DNA of 64,000 bases from assembly GCF_036365525.1 (NCBI RefSeq), contig NC_090404.1:11126550-11190549 (forward strand), given 5' to 3'. Made by a program: the position numbers and the translations under genes. Below are positions 23,858 through 36,429 of this stretch, piece after piece. The stretch comes from Heterodontus francisci (lineage: Eukaryota). Within the stretch, counting starts at the first letter, position 1; every line of letters begins with the position of its first letter. The notes beneath the pieces were generated by a model that saw nothing but the letters and a program-made list of their open reading frames with translations, was not told the DNA's origin and made no database searches.

Positions 23858-24379
23858 TATTTTTGTACGAGGCCCAAGGCAGTCTCGTTCACTGTGAGTC
23901 TCAGAGCACAGTAATACACTGCGCTGTCTGTGATCTTCAACTCTTTCACAGGCAGGTGAAAAGTACTTTGTTTCTGGTTGAGATTCGCGCTGAAGTGTTC
24001 AAAACCTGGAGCAGTCTCATTATACCCATAACTATTGGCTCTGAGCATATACTGAGGGGCTTGGTGTGGATACTGGCGATACCAGAACAGATAATAGCTT
24101 GTAGCTGAATCCGATACGGAGTAACTGCAGTTTATTGCTGAATCTGCCCCCTCTTCTGATCTGACCCCTTGTTCTGACTGGGACACTGGGTCTCCATTAC
24201 TCATCTCTGAAAGTAAACAGCAGAAACACGGCAGGTTAGACGGAGTAACAGAAAGAGAATAATCACTCGGAGATAGAGCTGTGAAATTGTTTGAGAACTG
24301 GGAATATTGTAGAAAGGTCCCAATATCACTGACCTGTGATCAGGACAATAATCAGAGTCAGACAGAGTTTCACCTCCAT
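23858..24379 (-). CDS. TCR alpha/delta V gene, intact; leader 24379-24334, V exon 24206-23897, 23-RSS 23896-23858
   Basis: Leader MEVKLCLTLIIVLIT with GTCAGT donor. V reads DPVSQSEQGVRSEEGADSAINCSYSVSDSATSYYLFWYRQYPHQAPQYML...ITDSAVYYCALR. RSS CACAGTG-23-ACAAAAATA. Confidence 0.93.
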
Positions 24380-26371
24380 GGTTCCAGTGTGAACTCCAGA
24401 AACAGAGACTGTGATCACTCCCTTTACCGGACCTGCAATGGCAAAATCTCAAACAGCGCCGAGATCTCATCAGATCGGGTGTCTTCTCCCCGCCCATCCG
24501 TTTCTCTTTGAGCAGCCGCTTCCTGCAGCTGGGATCATGATCTTTATCAAGTGTCCCGTGGATAGTACAAGCCATACATGGAACATTGGAAATGCACACA
24601 GACGGAGCCAGGCACCGATAAACACCCGTACACACACATGCATATACAGACAGATAAATGCAATATATAAACACACAAGATGTTGTGGAAGTTTTTTTTT
24701 TAGAAAAAAGCAGAACGTGTGAGAGCGCAATTTACTTCACATCACCACTAGAGGTTCCTCACTCATCGTGCTGACATTTTCATGGCAGGAGATCAGTTTT
24801 AAATGCATAAAGTATTGCCGGATGAGGGTGGCCGTTTGTCCCATCTCAATTCGTCCTTCGACAAACCACACACCACTGCATTTTCCTTCAGTTGTTACAA
24901 AGATAATTCCGGGGTCTGGACTCTGCAACTGTGTGGAGACCATTCCAACTGTCAACCACTCTCTATGTGACCAACAATTAGTTGATATCAGTCCCAAGAG
25001 ACTAATTTCATTTTTTCCTCTTAACTGCAGCCTCTGAAGCTGAAGAGACAGCCTCCTGGATCACTCCTGCTGTACCCCCCATGCTTGAATGTCTCCCTTG
25101 TAACTTGGTAACCAAAACTAAAGACAGTGCCCACGGTGTGTTCCGACCAGAGCTCTGCACTGTTCGATCAGGATTTCTTTTGACTCGTGTCCTTATTGCC
25201 TCGAAGTTAAATATCCGATTGGTGTTGATGACTTCTCCACTGTATTCCCAGCCCATAATGGGTGTGATTTCAGTGGGATACATCAAAAATAGTGGGTCGT
25301 ATGATTAAAGTTTCACTTAAGGAGGTCAATACGGTCGTGAGGCCCAATTAGAGAGCTACAGTAAGTCCCAGATTTGCCAGCTACGCCCAAGTCCTAATAA
25401 TGTGTCCATTTTAAAAAAACATTCTGCAACAACTTATGGCGTGTCTCCTTTATTATTTAGTGTCGCTTCAAATCAAATAAATAAAACTGGAAGCGTCCAT
25501 AATATTTGCAATCGTGGAGGGTTAACTTACCGCATAGAAAATACCCCCCTCCGCAGTAAAATAAATAGAAAGAGTGCAACAGTTCAGGGACTGAATATCA
25601 ACTTGGACACATTGGACAAACTTAGGTTACTGGAGTGCACCACTAGATGGCGCGCCTGCTCCATCAGGAATATTCACACAGGTGAAATGACAATCACAAA
25701 CCGTGAGAAGCACAACAAAGTGAATGGTGTAAAGTGCAATCAAATAATTGTGGTTTCTCGTTGTCTCATACAAAAAAAAACATAGAGACCAGACGAACGT
25801 CACAGTAAATACAAAATGGAAGAATAATGAAAGGAAATATGAATTAAATACTTATTTAAATGAGTAAAGGAGGAGAATAAATTGGGTTTTGGTGCAAATA
25901 TTGGAGAACACGCTGCTGATGTTGTGAAAGGGTTAAGGAATCCTAGAGTTGTAAACAGGGACAAGGATTTCAAAACACATAGAGACGATAATAAACCTGC
26001 ACAAATTATTATTCAGGCCGCAGCTGGAATATTTGGAGCAGGTTTGTGAATCTTCTTTAGGATCATGTTAAAGTCAGGATAGGGTGCGAGAGAGATTGAG
26101 AAAGAAGAACCCAGGGTGAGAGACGATAGTTATGAGATATATAAAATCATGTAAAGCTTATGGCACCGAAAGAGGCCTCTTGGCACATAGTGTCTGCACA
26201 AGCCGGAAAAGATAAGAGTCACCCAGTCTAATCCCTCCTTACAGCATTTGGTCCATCGCCCTGCAGGTTATGGCACTTCAGGTGCACGTCTGGGCACTTT
26301 TTCAATGAGATTGGTTTTCTGCCTTTACCACCCTTTCTTGAAGTGAGTTCCAGGGCCCCAACACGTTCTGA

Positions 26372-26705
26372 GCGGCACAGTGGCGCAGTGGTTAGCACCG
26401 CAGCCTCACAGCTCCAGGAACCCGGGTTCGATTCCGGGTACTGCCTGTGTGGAGTTTGCAAGTTCTCCCTGTGTCTGCGTGGGTTTTCTCCGGGTGCTCC
26501 GGTTTCCTCCCACAAGCCAAAAGACTTGCAGGTTGATAGGTAAATTGGCCATTATAAATTGTCACTAGTATAGGTGGTGGTAGGGAAATATAGGGACAGG
26601 TGGGGATGTTTGGTAGGAATAGTAGGATTAGTATAAATGGGTGGTTGATGTTCGTCACAGACTCGGTGGGCCGAAGGGCCTGTTTCAGTGCTGTATCTCT
26701 AATCC
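26372..26705 (+). mobile_element. Full-length HE1-like V-SINE inserted in a minus-strand CR1 3' fragment (about 26140-27100)
   Basis: GCGGCACAGTGGCGCAGTGGTTAGC...GGTTCGATTCC head, V core and tail; flanks are contiguous CR1 sequence. Confidence 0.9.
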
Positions 26706-27169
26706 AATCTCCCCTCTAATTCTTCTACCAATCACTTAAAATCTATGTCCCCTCGTTACTGTCCCCACTGCTGATGTAAATAGGCCCTTCCCATCCACTC
26801 TATCCATGCCACTCACAATATTTTGCAACTCAATCAAGTCTTCCCTCAGGCTCCTCTGTTTCAAAGAGAACAACTCCAGCCTATCCATTCTTTCCTCATA
26901 GCTGCAAATTTCCTGTTCTGGCAACATCATCTGAAATCTCCTCTGTACCATCGTCCCTCCAATTACATCCCTTCTATAATGAGATGACCAGAACGGCACA
27001 CAGCAATCAAGTTATGGTCTAAGTAATACTGTATAAAGCTCCTGTTCAACCTCCCTACTTTTATATTCTATGCCTCGGCTACTAAAGGAAAGGATTTCAT
27101 ATGCCATTAGGGAAGGAAATCTGCCTTCCTTACTTGGTCTGGCCTACATGTGTTTCCAGACCCACAGCA

Positions 27170-29305
27170 AGAGTTTCTACTGGTATTTAAAAAGGAAAAG
27201 AGTAAGTAAGGTGAGTGTTGGTCCTCTAGAGAGTGAGAATGGGGAGTTAATAGTAGATAATAAGGAAATGGCGGATGATATGAACAAATATTTTACTTCT
27301 GTCTTCACTACAGAGGATACAGAAACATTCCAGTAATAGCTGTAAATCAGGACGTGGGAGGAAGAGAGGAACTTCGTGAAATTACAATCATCAGGGAAAT
27401 GGTCCTGAGCAAACCGATGGAACTGCGGGCTGACAAGTCCCCTGGTCCTGATGGCTGTCCTCCCGGGGTCTTAAAAGAGGTGGATAATGAGGTAGTAGAT
27501 GCGTTGGTGTTAATTTTTCAATTTCTGTTTGACATATTAGAGTACCGAGTTCAATACATCAAATAATCAAAGAAAGACATGCATTCTTAGAAGGCCATTC
27601 ACGACATCAAGACATCCCAAAGCGCTTTACAGCCAGAGTATCCTTTGAATCGCTAGATTATGGAAAGTTCCATCAGACTGGAAAGTAGCAAATATAACCC
27701 CTCTATTCAAGAAGTTGGGCGGGGTGGGGGTGGTGATGGGGGGTTGGTTGCAGAAGGCAGGTAACTATGGGCCAGTTAGCTTGACGTCTCTCGTGGGGAA
27801 GGAGTTAGAATCGATCTTTAAGGAGGTTGTAGCTCGGCAATTAGAAAAACTCAAGGTATTCGGGAATAGTCAGCATGGTTTGTGAAAGGGACATCATGTT
27901 TAACCAACTTATTGGAGTTCTTTGAAGGAGTAACATAAGCCGTGGATAAAGGGGAGCCCGTTGACGTATTGTACTTGGATTTTTTGTGACAAGTTGCCAC
28001 ATGAAAGGTTATTGCGCAAAGTAGGAGCTCGTGTTGTCGCGGACAGCATATTAGCCCGGATAGAAGATTGGCTGGCTGACAGAAAACAGAGAGTATGCAT
28101 AAATGGGTCCTTTTCTGATTGGCAGGATGTGACGAGTGGAGTCTCGCAGGGGTCTGTAATGTGGCCTCAAGTTTTTACAATTTATATCAACGACATAGAT
28201 TGGAGGAGTAATGGCATGTTATCAAGATTTGTAGATGTCACAACGAAATAGGAAAGTATGTTGTGAAGAGGACATAAGGCGCTTGCAGCCCGAGATAGAC
28301 AGGCTGAGATAGTGGGCAAAAATCTGGTAGATGGAGTATAATGTGGGAAAATGTGAAGTTTTGCAGGAAGACTAAAAAAGTAGAGTATTACTTCAATGGA
28401 GAAAGAATGCAGAATTCCGAGGTGCAGAGGGATCTAGGTGTTCTGGTGCATGAGTCACAAAAAGTCAGTATGCAGGTACAGCAAGTAATAAAGAAGGTGG
28501 ATGGAATGCTATCCTTTATTACGATAGGAATTAAAAATAAAGGTAAAGATGTTATGCTTCAGTTATGCAGGACATTGGTGAGACCACATCTCGAATACTG
28601 TATGCAGTTTTGTCTACTTATTTAAGGAAGCATGTAAATATGTGGGAGGCGGTTCACAGGAGGTTGACTAGATTGATACCTGGAATGAGCGGATTTTCTC
28701 ATGAGGAAAACTGGGACAGACTCGACTTCTTCTCACAGGAGTTTAGAAGAGTGAGGGGAGACTTGGTTGAAGTATATAAGATCCTGCACAATCTTGACAA
28801 GGTGGATGTGGAAAGGATGTTTCCTCTTGTTGTGAATCCAGAACCAGGGGGAACTGTTTTAAAATTAGGGGGTCGCCCTTTTAGGACAGAGTTGAGGAGG
28901 ATTTTCTTTCTCTCAGAATGTTGTGTGACTTTGGAACTCTCTGCGTCAGAAGGTGGTGGAGGCGGGGTCATTGAATATTTTTAAGGCAGAGGTAGATAGA
29001 TTCCGAAGAAGGGTCACTGACCCGAAACGTTAACTCTGCTTCTCTTTCCACAGATGCTGCCAGACCTGCTGAGTGAATCCAGCATTTCTTGTTTTTGTTT
29101 CAGATTTCCAGCATCCGCAGTATTTTGCTTTTATTTTAGTCGATAGATTCTTGTTAGGCAAGGGAATCAACGGTTCTTGGGGGTAGATGGGAGTGTGGAA
29201 TTCGAAACACAAACAGCCATGATCTTATTGAATGGTGCAGCAGGTTCTAGAGGCTGAATGACCTACTTCTGCTCCTAATTCGTATGTTCGTATGTATGTT
29301 TCTAT
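27170..29305 (+). mobile_element. Decayed CR1 LINE with a short Penelope terminal fragment at 29004-29141
   Basis: KSPGPDG, DKLPHERLL, FTIYINDID and LVRPHLEYC motifs; microsatellite tail. Confidence 0.88.
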
Positions 29306-30030
29306 GTTGGTTGACGCATTTCCTACATGACACGAGTGACTATACCTCAAATGGACCTTTGGCTATAAGGCGCTTTGGGATGTCCTGCTGTCGTGAAAGG
29401 CCCTAGAAGAATGCAAGTCTTTCTTTATTTATTTGATTTATTGAACTCATTTCCCTAACATGCCAAGCAGGGATTGAAACTCAACAGGTCAAGGTGGGTA
29501 ATCTAATCCCATAATCACTACAATCCTGTACCTCTCTGCATCACATCATGTGTCGTCTGTCACAGGCAGCAGGGAGCTTGAGACTGCATCTCTGGACTGC
29601 TCTGGCAAACTGCATCACGGGGCCTCACTTAACTACTTCAGGGTTTCGAGTTACTTCACACAGAGCAGTGTCCCAGAGATCATTGGTGGTGCACTTGGTT
29701 CCTGAGTCACTGGCTGTGGGTTGTCTGAATAAACAACAGGTTTAAAACAAAAGCCTGCAGATTTCAAACCGTCTCTGAGCACTGTCTGGAAGATAGTCCC
29801 ACAATGGTCTGATACACAGGAGGGAACCAACATGGAATGTTGCACGTGCATCACCTCCCCGAGAAACAAATAGCAAACGATCAGTACGGTGCAGTGAAAA
29901 CTCAAACATGGCGATGGACCGCCGTCAACTGACGATGAGAAGTAACTGGCAGCCCGTCTGTGACACGTTGATTTCCACTTCTGTTGCATGATTATATTGT
30001 TTACTTATTACTATTACTGCTGCTTTTATA

Positions 30031-31374
30031 AAGGCTGCATTTGCTGACCAGGCAACCACTAGGTGGCACAGTACTAACACATGCGCAAATGCAGCTCTTC
30101 CGCTGAAACGTCACTGTCTAAGACATTCAGGCAGCTGCCCGGATTAAAGATGGCGCTGCTCAATTTATCACAGAAAAACAACTTCAACCCGAAAATCCCC
30201 TCAATGGCTGTCATCGCTGCCTCTATTCCACTTCCAACAGTCCCCCGCTCCCTCCTGCCATTCCACTTCCCTCTATCCGTCCTTCCTGCGCCTGTCTTTT
30301 CACCGCTAGCTCCCCGCTGCCTTCCCTTAAGCATAAGCCTAACAGCACTGTGGGTCTACCTACCCCAAATGGACTGCAGCGGTTCAAGAAGGCAGCTCAC
30401 CACCACCTTCTCAAGGGCAATTAGGGATGGGCAATAAATGCTGGCATAGCCAGTGACGCCCACATCCCATGAATGAATAAAAAAAACGCTACAGCCTTGC
30501 CGTTCCCCGAACCCCCGCTCAGCCACTCACTCCAGACCTTGCCATTGCTGAACACCCTTCCGCTCTCCTCGGCCGATTGTTCCCCGCTCCGCATTTCCCG
30601 TCCCCCCACCCTACCATCTCTGGCCGCTCACTCCTGCTTCCCTCCCACCTCCAGCCGCTAGCTCCAGGCCGCGCCATTTCTCTCCTCTGGGCCACCCGCT
30701 CCCAAGTTCGATCATTCTGCGCGCGCGCCCGAAGAAGCAAGGCGGGCCGCAAGAGGTGACGCAGCAATGTCGGAGTGAGTGGCTGAGAGGAGGGAAGCGG
30801 CACAGTCTAGAGCTAGCGGCTGGAACAAGGCATGGAGCGGAGACCGAGCGGCCGGAGAATGGCGTAGTGGGAACGCGGGCAGCTATCGGCCGAGGTGAGT
30901 TGGGGAGGGAGGGGGGTGGGGTAGGTGGGGAGATCGTCGAGGCCTGGAGCAAGTGGCCGAGGGGGGAGAGCGGCCAGTGGGTCGGGAGAGAGTAGCTGAG
31001 TTGGGGGGAGTGAGTGGCGGGGATCGAGCTCTGGCCTCAAAGTGCACTATCCGGGCACTCGGTGCTGTTGACGTTACGTGATGACATATTCCTGCACAGG
31101 CGCCAATTAGTCCTGGCAAGATATAGGCTGCATATGGGCAGCATCTCACTGAGAGCAGGAGGCCGTTTTTCCATGTGCGCAGTTTGGAGCGCTCTGTTGA
31201 CGTCGGTGGGCCGCTGCGTTGTTCGGAGCCACTTTGTAAATTGAGCAGCGCCATCTTTAGTCCTGGCAGCTGCCTGAACGTTGCAGACAGTGATATTTCA
31301 GTGGAAGAGTCCGCATTTGCGCATGTGCTAGTACTGCCCCTCCTAGTGGTTGCGTTGTTAGCAAACACAGCCTT
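30031..31374. mobile_element. Non-autonomous DNA-transposon-like element with ~140-bp imperfect terminal inverted repeats
   Basis: 30031-30170 is the reverse complement of 31237-31374; GC-rich non-coding interior with a LINE/SINE tail inserted at about 30338-30487. Confidence 0.75.
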
Positions 31375-31707
31375 CCAAATAGATAGCGATTATAAATTAC
31401 ACATGCCACACACAGAGGATTAGATTTGTCTCATAATCTTGTCTGTCCAATACACTGTGGAACGTTAACATCTGCCATTTTAAACTTACCTCCCCCAGCA
31501 TTTCTATCTTTGATCGCTTGTAAATACAAGTTAAAATTGCTATTTGAGAAAATCTCGGATGTGAACCCCCCCTGTTGCTGTTGAGCAATGTGTTTCGTTG
31601 CAATTTTAAGAAGGTCTCTCTGACTCTTACAATGCAAGCTGAATACCGCTTCTGTCTATTGATGTGAGAATGCCCTGTGGTGAGCAGCTACTGGAACTCT
31701 CAGTGTA

Positions 31708-32208
31708 GATTTTTGTACGGGATCCAGCAGTGTGGGGTCAATGAGGCAGAAATACACAGCGGTGTCAGAGATCAGGGTATAGCTGATCGTTAACTTGGTA
31801 ATCTTGGTAATTGTATCTAACGTGCAAGAGCTAGTGATGGGTGAGCTCCTGTATACATTCCCTTCAATAGGACGAAGCACGTCTTGTGGAGGCTGCCCTT
31901 GGTGCTACCTGACCAGTATATGTAAGCGTTAGACTTCATTGTTTTCGAGGTGTAGGTAAGTGTGACATTACTTCCCTCTTCAACCGTTACTTCAGGGAAG
32001 GCGATGTACTGGACCTTGGTGGCTCCATTCTAACATAAAATACCAGCAATAATCATTACCATTGTCATCATGACCATTGTGTTACCGATAATCATATCCA
32101 AGTTACAGCAGTCACGGGCAGAATGTATTTTTATGGCAGATGAAATAGAAACTTAGAAGTCATATAATGATGAGGAGCGGTGAGAGACGGTTCTGCAAGA
32201 TTCTCCCA
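31708..32208 (-). pseudogene. TCR V pseudogene (V exon 32029-31735) with an 11-nt-spacer RSS
   Basis: Frameshifted: EVTVEEGSNVTLTYT...YIYW/...LTISYTLISDTAVYFCLID. The leader relic has a stop. RSS CACACTG-11-ACAAAAATC. Confidence 0.82.
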
Positions 32209-33098
32209 ACGTCTGTAACTCTGCAGTCCGGAAAATCCACTGCCGGAGCAGAATTACAGACCGCCGCCCATTGCACTGCTGATCCAATCAATGCGAAACT
32301 GTAATAATCTTTGCAGTCACACATGACAGACAAGGTGAGGCATCGCGAGAGAAGCCAAGGGGAAATGTGGGCGGGGCTGCAGCTGCCAGTGTTGGCTCTT
32401 TAGAAGGGTGAATCTCTATGGTGGGGCAGTGAAGGGAAGAAGTTATTCTAGTTCTGATATCTGTGCCGGTGACTTCCATTAAAAAAGCTGCTCACTGACC
32501 ATTGTATCTACCCAGAGCCGATATAAAGGGGAATATCGATGTCCCCGGGTGCAGAGGGATTCCAATACCTCGACATGATAAGTCAGACAAAGAGCATCTT
32601 TCATATTCACTGATTGACAGGTTGGAGCAGAATGGGGGAATAGTAACTGTAGATAGGCTCAGTGGTGCCGGGGTGAGTTACTCATTAAAAATATTTACAA
32701 CTTATTGACATTCACAATAACCATTTTCACAATAAGTTGGCAGTTAACCATTCGGAACACAGTCTTCCATTTGAACTTAATGGTTGTATTTTAATGCATG
32801 TTGCTTTAAAGCTTTAGTTAACTGAAAAGATTAATGCTAACAGTTTGAAATCCCCTCTGACTCTCAAACGAACAAATTCATCCTCCTACTGCCCTCTGTT
32901 AGCGAGCACATGTAAACCTAAAAAAATAAGATGAAGAGGCAGCGCAGGGTAACATGGATTGCATATGGTAGATTTGTTAAAAAATTATTTTCTATCGGTC
33001 TTCAAATCGGCCCGCCATAACATCCGCCTTCCGCCGGCGGTGCCTCTGAAGTGCAAAGCAGTGGCATTTTCTGTGCAAAACAAATAATTGTTTTCCAA

Positions 33099-33585
33099 CA
33101 CTGTGAGTCTCAGTGTGCAGTAATAAACTGCATTGCGGGTCAGCTTCATGTGAGATGGTTAATATGGTAAATTTAGTCGAGCTGTCCACTTGTTCCAAAA
33201 AACATGTTTTGCCAAAATCTGTTTTATCATCAGAACCGCTGGCATATTTCATCAGAATACACTCGGGTTGTGTTCCAGAGTGTCTCCTGTACCCGAAATT
33301 AATAATGGCCGTCGTCCCACTTAATATTATCGATAAAGTTTAAAGTCACCGCTTCTCCTTCTGTCTCAACTGCTCAGCACAGCAGCTGAGTGACAGAATC
33401 TCAATGCAATTGATTTGAAAACGCATGTTCAAACATTCAGTCTATGTTGAAAACCGGAGTAGCGATCGAGTGTGTATGATTCACCAGCGTCATTTTACCA
33501 GCAGAAGAATGCATTTTCACTGGGAAGGAAATTATTCCTGGGAAATGATATAATGATGAAAGCCGGAGGGAGAGGATTCCACATG
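33099..33585 (-). pseudogene. TCR V pseudogene, tandem copy 1 (same family as the 52-kb V)
   Basis: DSVTQ, ETEGEAVTLN, GYRRHSGTQPECIL, DKTDF and AVYYC motifs broken by frameshifts; CACAGTG at 33105-33099; leader relic MWNPLPPAFIIISF. Confidence 0.8.
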
Positions 33586-34914
33586 CACCCATTGCTCTGC
33601 TGATCAAACCAATATCAAACAAGGAACAGCGGCAGCAATCTCTCCAATAAAGTAAAACAGGTCAGGGTGAAAGCAGCATGGGCAAGTTGTAGGAGCTGTT
33701 TCAAATAGCAGTGTTGTTACATGGAGGATCCAACTGTGAGATATTGTTGGGTTGTCTTCATCTTCCCTCACAATAATGTCTTCCTCCTTTCTTTGTAAGA
33801 ATCCATCCAAAGAAGAAAAACCCCGCCCCTGTGCCCTGCCGCTGGCGGATACGGGAGCATTTAAATTAGCATTGTATCCCAGGGCCTCACTGCAATGACA
33901 TCTGGAGAAGTGTCAGACAGTTCATGCAATACAAATGTATCCTGAAAAAATACTTTAAATTAAACTGAATTAGAACTAGGGGACATGGGTTTAAAGAACA
34001 AAAGGTAATTGTAGGATTGTATCCAGAATTCCTTCTTCACACACAGAATATGATGAACGTGTTTAATTAATTTACGGTTAGAGTGGCGAAGAAACAAACC
34101 CTGGAATCGTTGAAGGACAACTTTGAGGTCCTAGTGGGGCTGGGAGTTAAGATCACTCAGGACCGATGAGACAGAGTAGACCAAAAGGATTCCGGCCGTC
34201 CGAATCATCTTGTGAACGGAAACAGGGCAGACGTTATATCATTATTATTATTTCTGCTGATATGTTGGACAATCAACATGAAAATTTCATTCTCCACCCA
34301 CCTGGAGAAGGACGTGGGTTCAAAGTAGAAAATTAGGTTTCACGGCAGGAATCATGAAATTTCTCTTCACACACAGAGAGTGATCAAAAAGTGGAATAAA
34401 GTTTCGTTTAGACTGTGGGAGGAAAATACACTGAAATTGTTGGATGTTGCAATGGAAGGTGAGGGTTCGGATCTTTCTGAATAAAAGAGCCGCAACAAGA
34501 AACAGGAAATAGTGTTTTTATTTGTAACTGGCCTGTGAACAGCAACATGTCGGGATTTGGCGTCATTCGTGCCACGTCGCAGTTCGGAGTAACGTCCAGC
34601 AGAGGGCAGTGTGAAAAAGTGAAAAATACTGAGCGGTGAGCTCAGAAACAGTGCAAGCTGGTATCAGTGAGAAACAGAGTGCGGGTGGCTGGTGTGAGCT
34701 CAGAAACAGTGGAAACTGATGTCAGTGAGAAACACTGAGTGTGGGCGGCGCGAGTGGGTATACCCCAAGACACAGTTTGTATTGTTAGTTTGACAGGAAG
34801 AAGCCTCGGAGCTGGAGCTGAAGCGAGAGTTTTCGTCCTTGACAAAAAATATCCCTGGTTCTAAACCGACCTCCCTGTACAATTCTTTCAGCCACCATTC
34901 CATCTGATGTGATA

Positions 34915-35287
34915 ATGTTCCGGATTTACAGAATTTCCATGCTGGTTTACACTCTGGTCTGCACCGATGTGACCGGTGAAGATGAAATGATGCAACTCCC
35001 TCGGCGAGTGGTTGTTCGTGAAGCTGGAATCGTATCCATGAACTGCTCTTCTACCACTGCGTTCAACGTCCTGCGTTGGTACAGGCAGCAGCCGAATCAG
35101 CCCCTCCAGCATCTGGTGATGGCCACAAGAGGGGCAGATCAACCCGGGAGGATCACTGCTTCAATCGGGGGAGGCAATAAACTCAGTACCCTGACTGTGA
35201 GAGACGCGCGACTGACAGACACGGCGACCTATCTCTGTGCAGATAGACCACAGTGTAACAAACAGATAGAGAGTCCGTACAGAAACC
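34915..35287 (+). CDS. TCR V gene, single-exon leader+V, copy 1 (coding to 35248; 23-RSS 35249-35287)
   Basis: MFRIYRISMLVYTLVCTDVTG-EDEMMQLPRRVVVREAGIVSMNCSSTTAFNVLRWYRQQPNQPLQHLV...LTDTATYLCADR. Cys23, Trp41 and Cys104 are intact. RSS CACAGTG-23-ACAGAAACC. Confidence 0.9.
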
Positions 35288-36429
35288 TGCACCGAGCGGG
35301 AGAGCCACACTTCTGTGTTTCGTGTAACGGGATTTCGAGTAACCAGGCTGTAATAATCGGAAGGAATTAGATCAAAAACTAATTAATAGAGAATCGAGAG
35401 AGTGAAGGAACGTAAGAGAGAAAGAGAGTTAGAAACACCGGCAGAAAACAGAAGAGAAAATACGAAAGGAAGAATGAGCAAGAGAAAGGAAATACACGTT
35501 ACTAATTCGTGCAGAGCAGCACAGCAAACAAGGAAATGAGGAACGAGAAGTGGAAGTGAGAAATATCGAGTGTAAACAAAGCTAAAAGTTAAGAGAAGGC
35601 CATAAAAACTCATATTTCCCTTCCTCCTATTTACACATTTGAATTTTCTGTAAAGCCTCTCCCAACAATAGGTCGCTTGAAAGTCCCATTGAGAAACTCG
35701 CACTTTATCCATTGCCTGACAGTGTTAAATTCCCAGAGTCACCAGCAGAGGTCTCCGTGGTCACATGTTTGTCGCAACTGCAAATATTTGAGACAAACAC
35801 TGCGGTCTCGCCGTCTGAAGCAGCAAGGCCCACTGCTCTCGACTGGTTGTTTTGCTTTGACCCGCCTAGTTACCAGATCTGGGTTTCGTTCCCACCTCGT
35901 TCTGCAAAGGTGCAACCACTCCCTACAAAAGGACAGTGACTGTAGCCCAGCTCGGGGTGTTTCCATTCACCATTGGGCTAAAGACCACAGGATAATTGGA
36001 CCGGGGTGTGCAGACGTAATTTAATCGGCAGTTTAAAGTTGTACATTCGGTCACATTTTTATATAAATCCTGTCTCATTCCAACATCCACATTTGTTGAG
36101 GAAACATGCCTAAATAAAGATGTCACGTTGTAATTACATCCTCCCACCAGCAGTGGTGTGTGACATCTCTATTAGGGGAATAATAAAAATGTGGCAAATG
36201 TACATGGTCGGTTTCCATATGAAAGTGAACACTACAATTTGTAATACAGAAATGTTTTAATATATGAAAATTGCAATGTTCAAATCCACAAAAACTTGCG
36301 TTCACCTTTTGAATGTTGCTGTGACAGGACAGCGCACCAATTTGCATCAAGAAAGTGAAGATACTCGAGCATGATGTCCGACTGCTTTAACTACCAAAGA
36401 GTTAACACAGAATTCAGTCATGCACGTAG

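Noticed and set aside
26372-26445. tRNA-like A/B boxes; CACAGTG in SINE heads
   Set aside because: These are SINE heads, not tRNA genes, and no nonamer lies at 12 or 23 nt.
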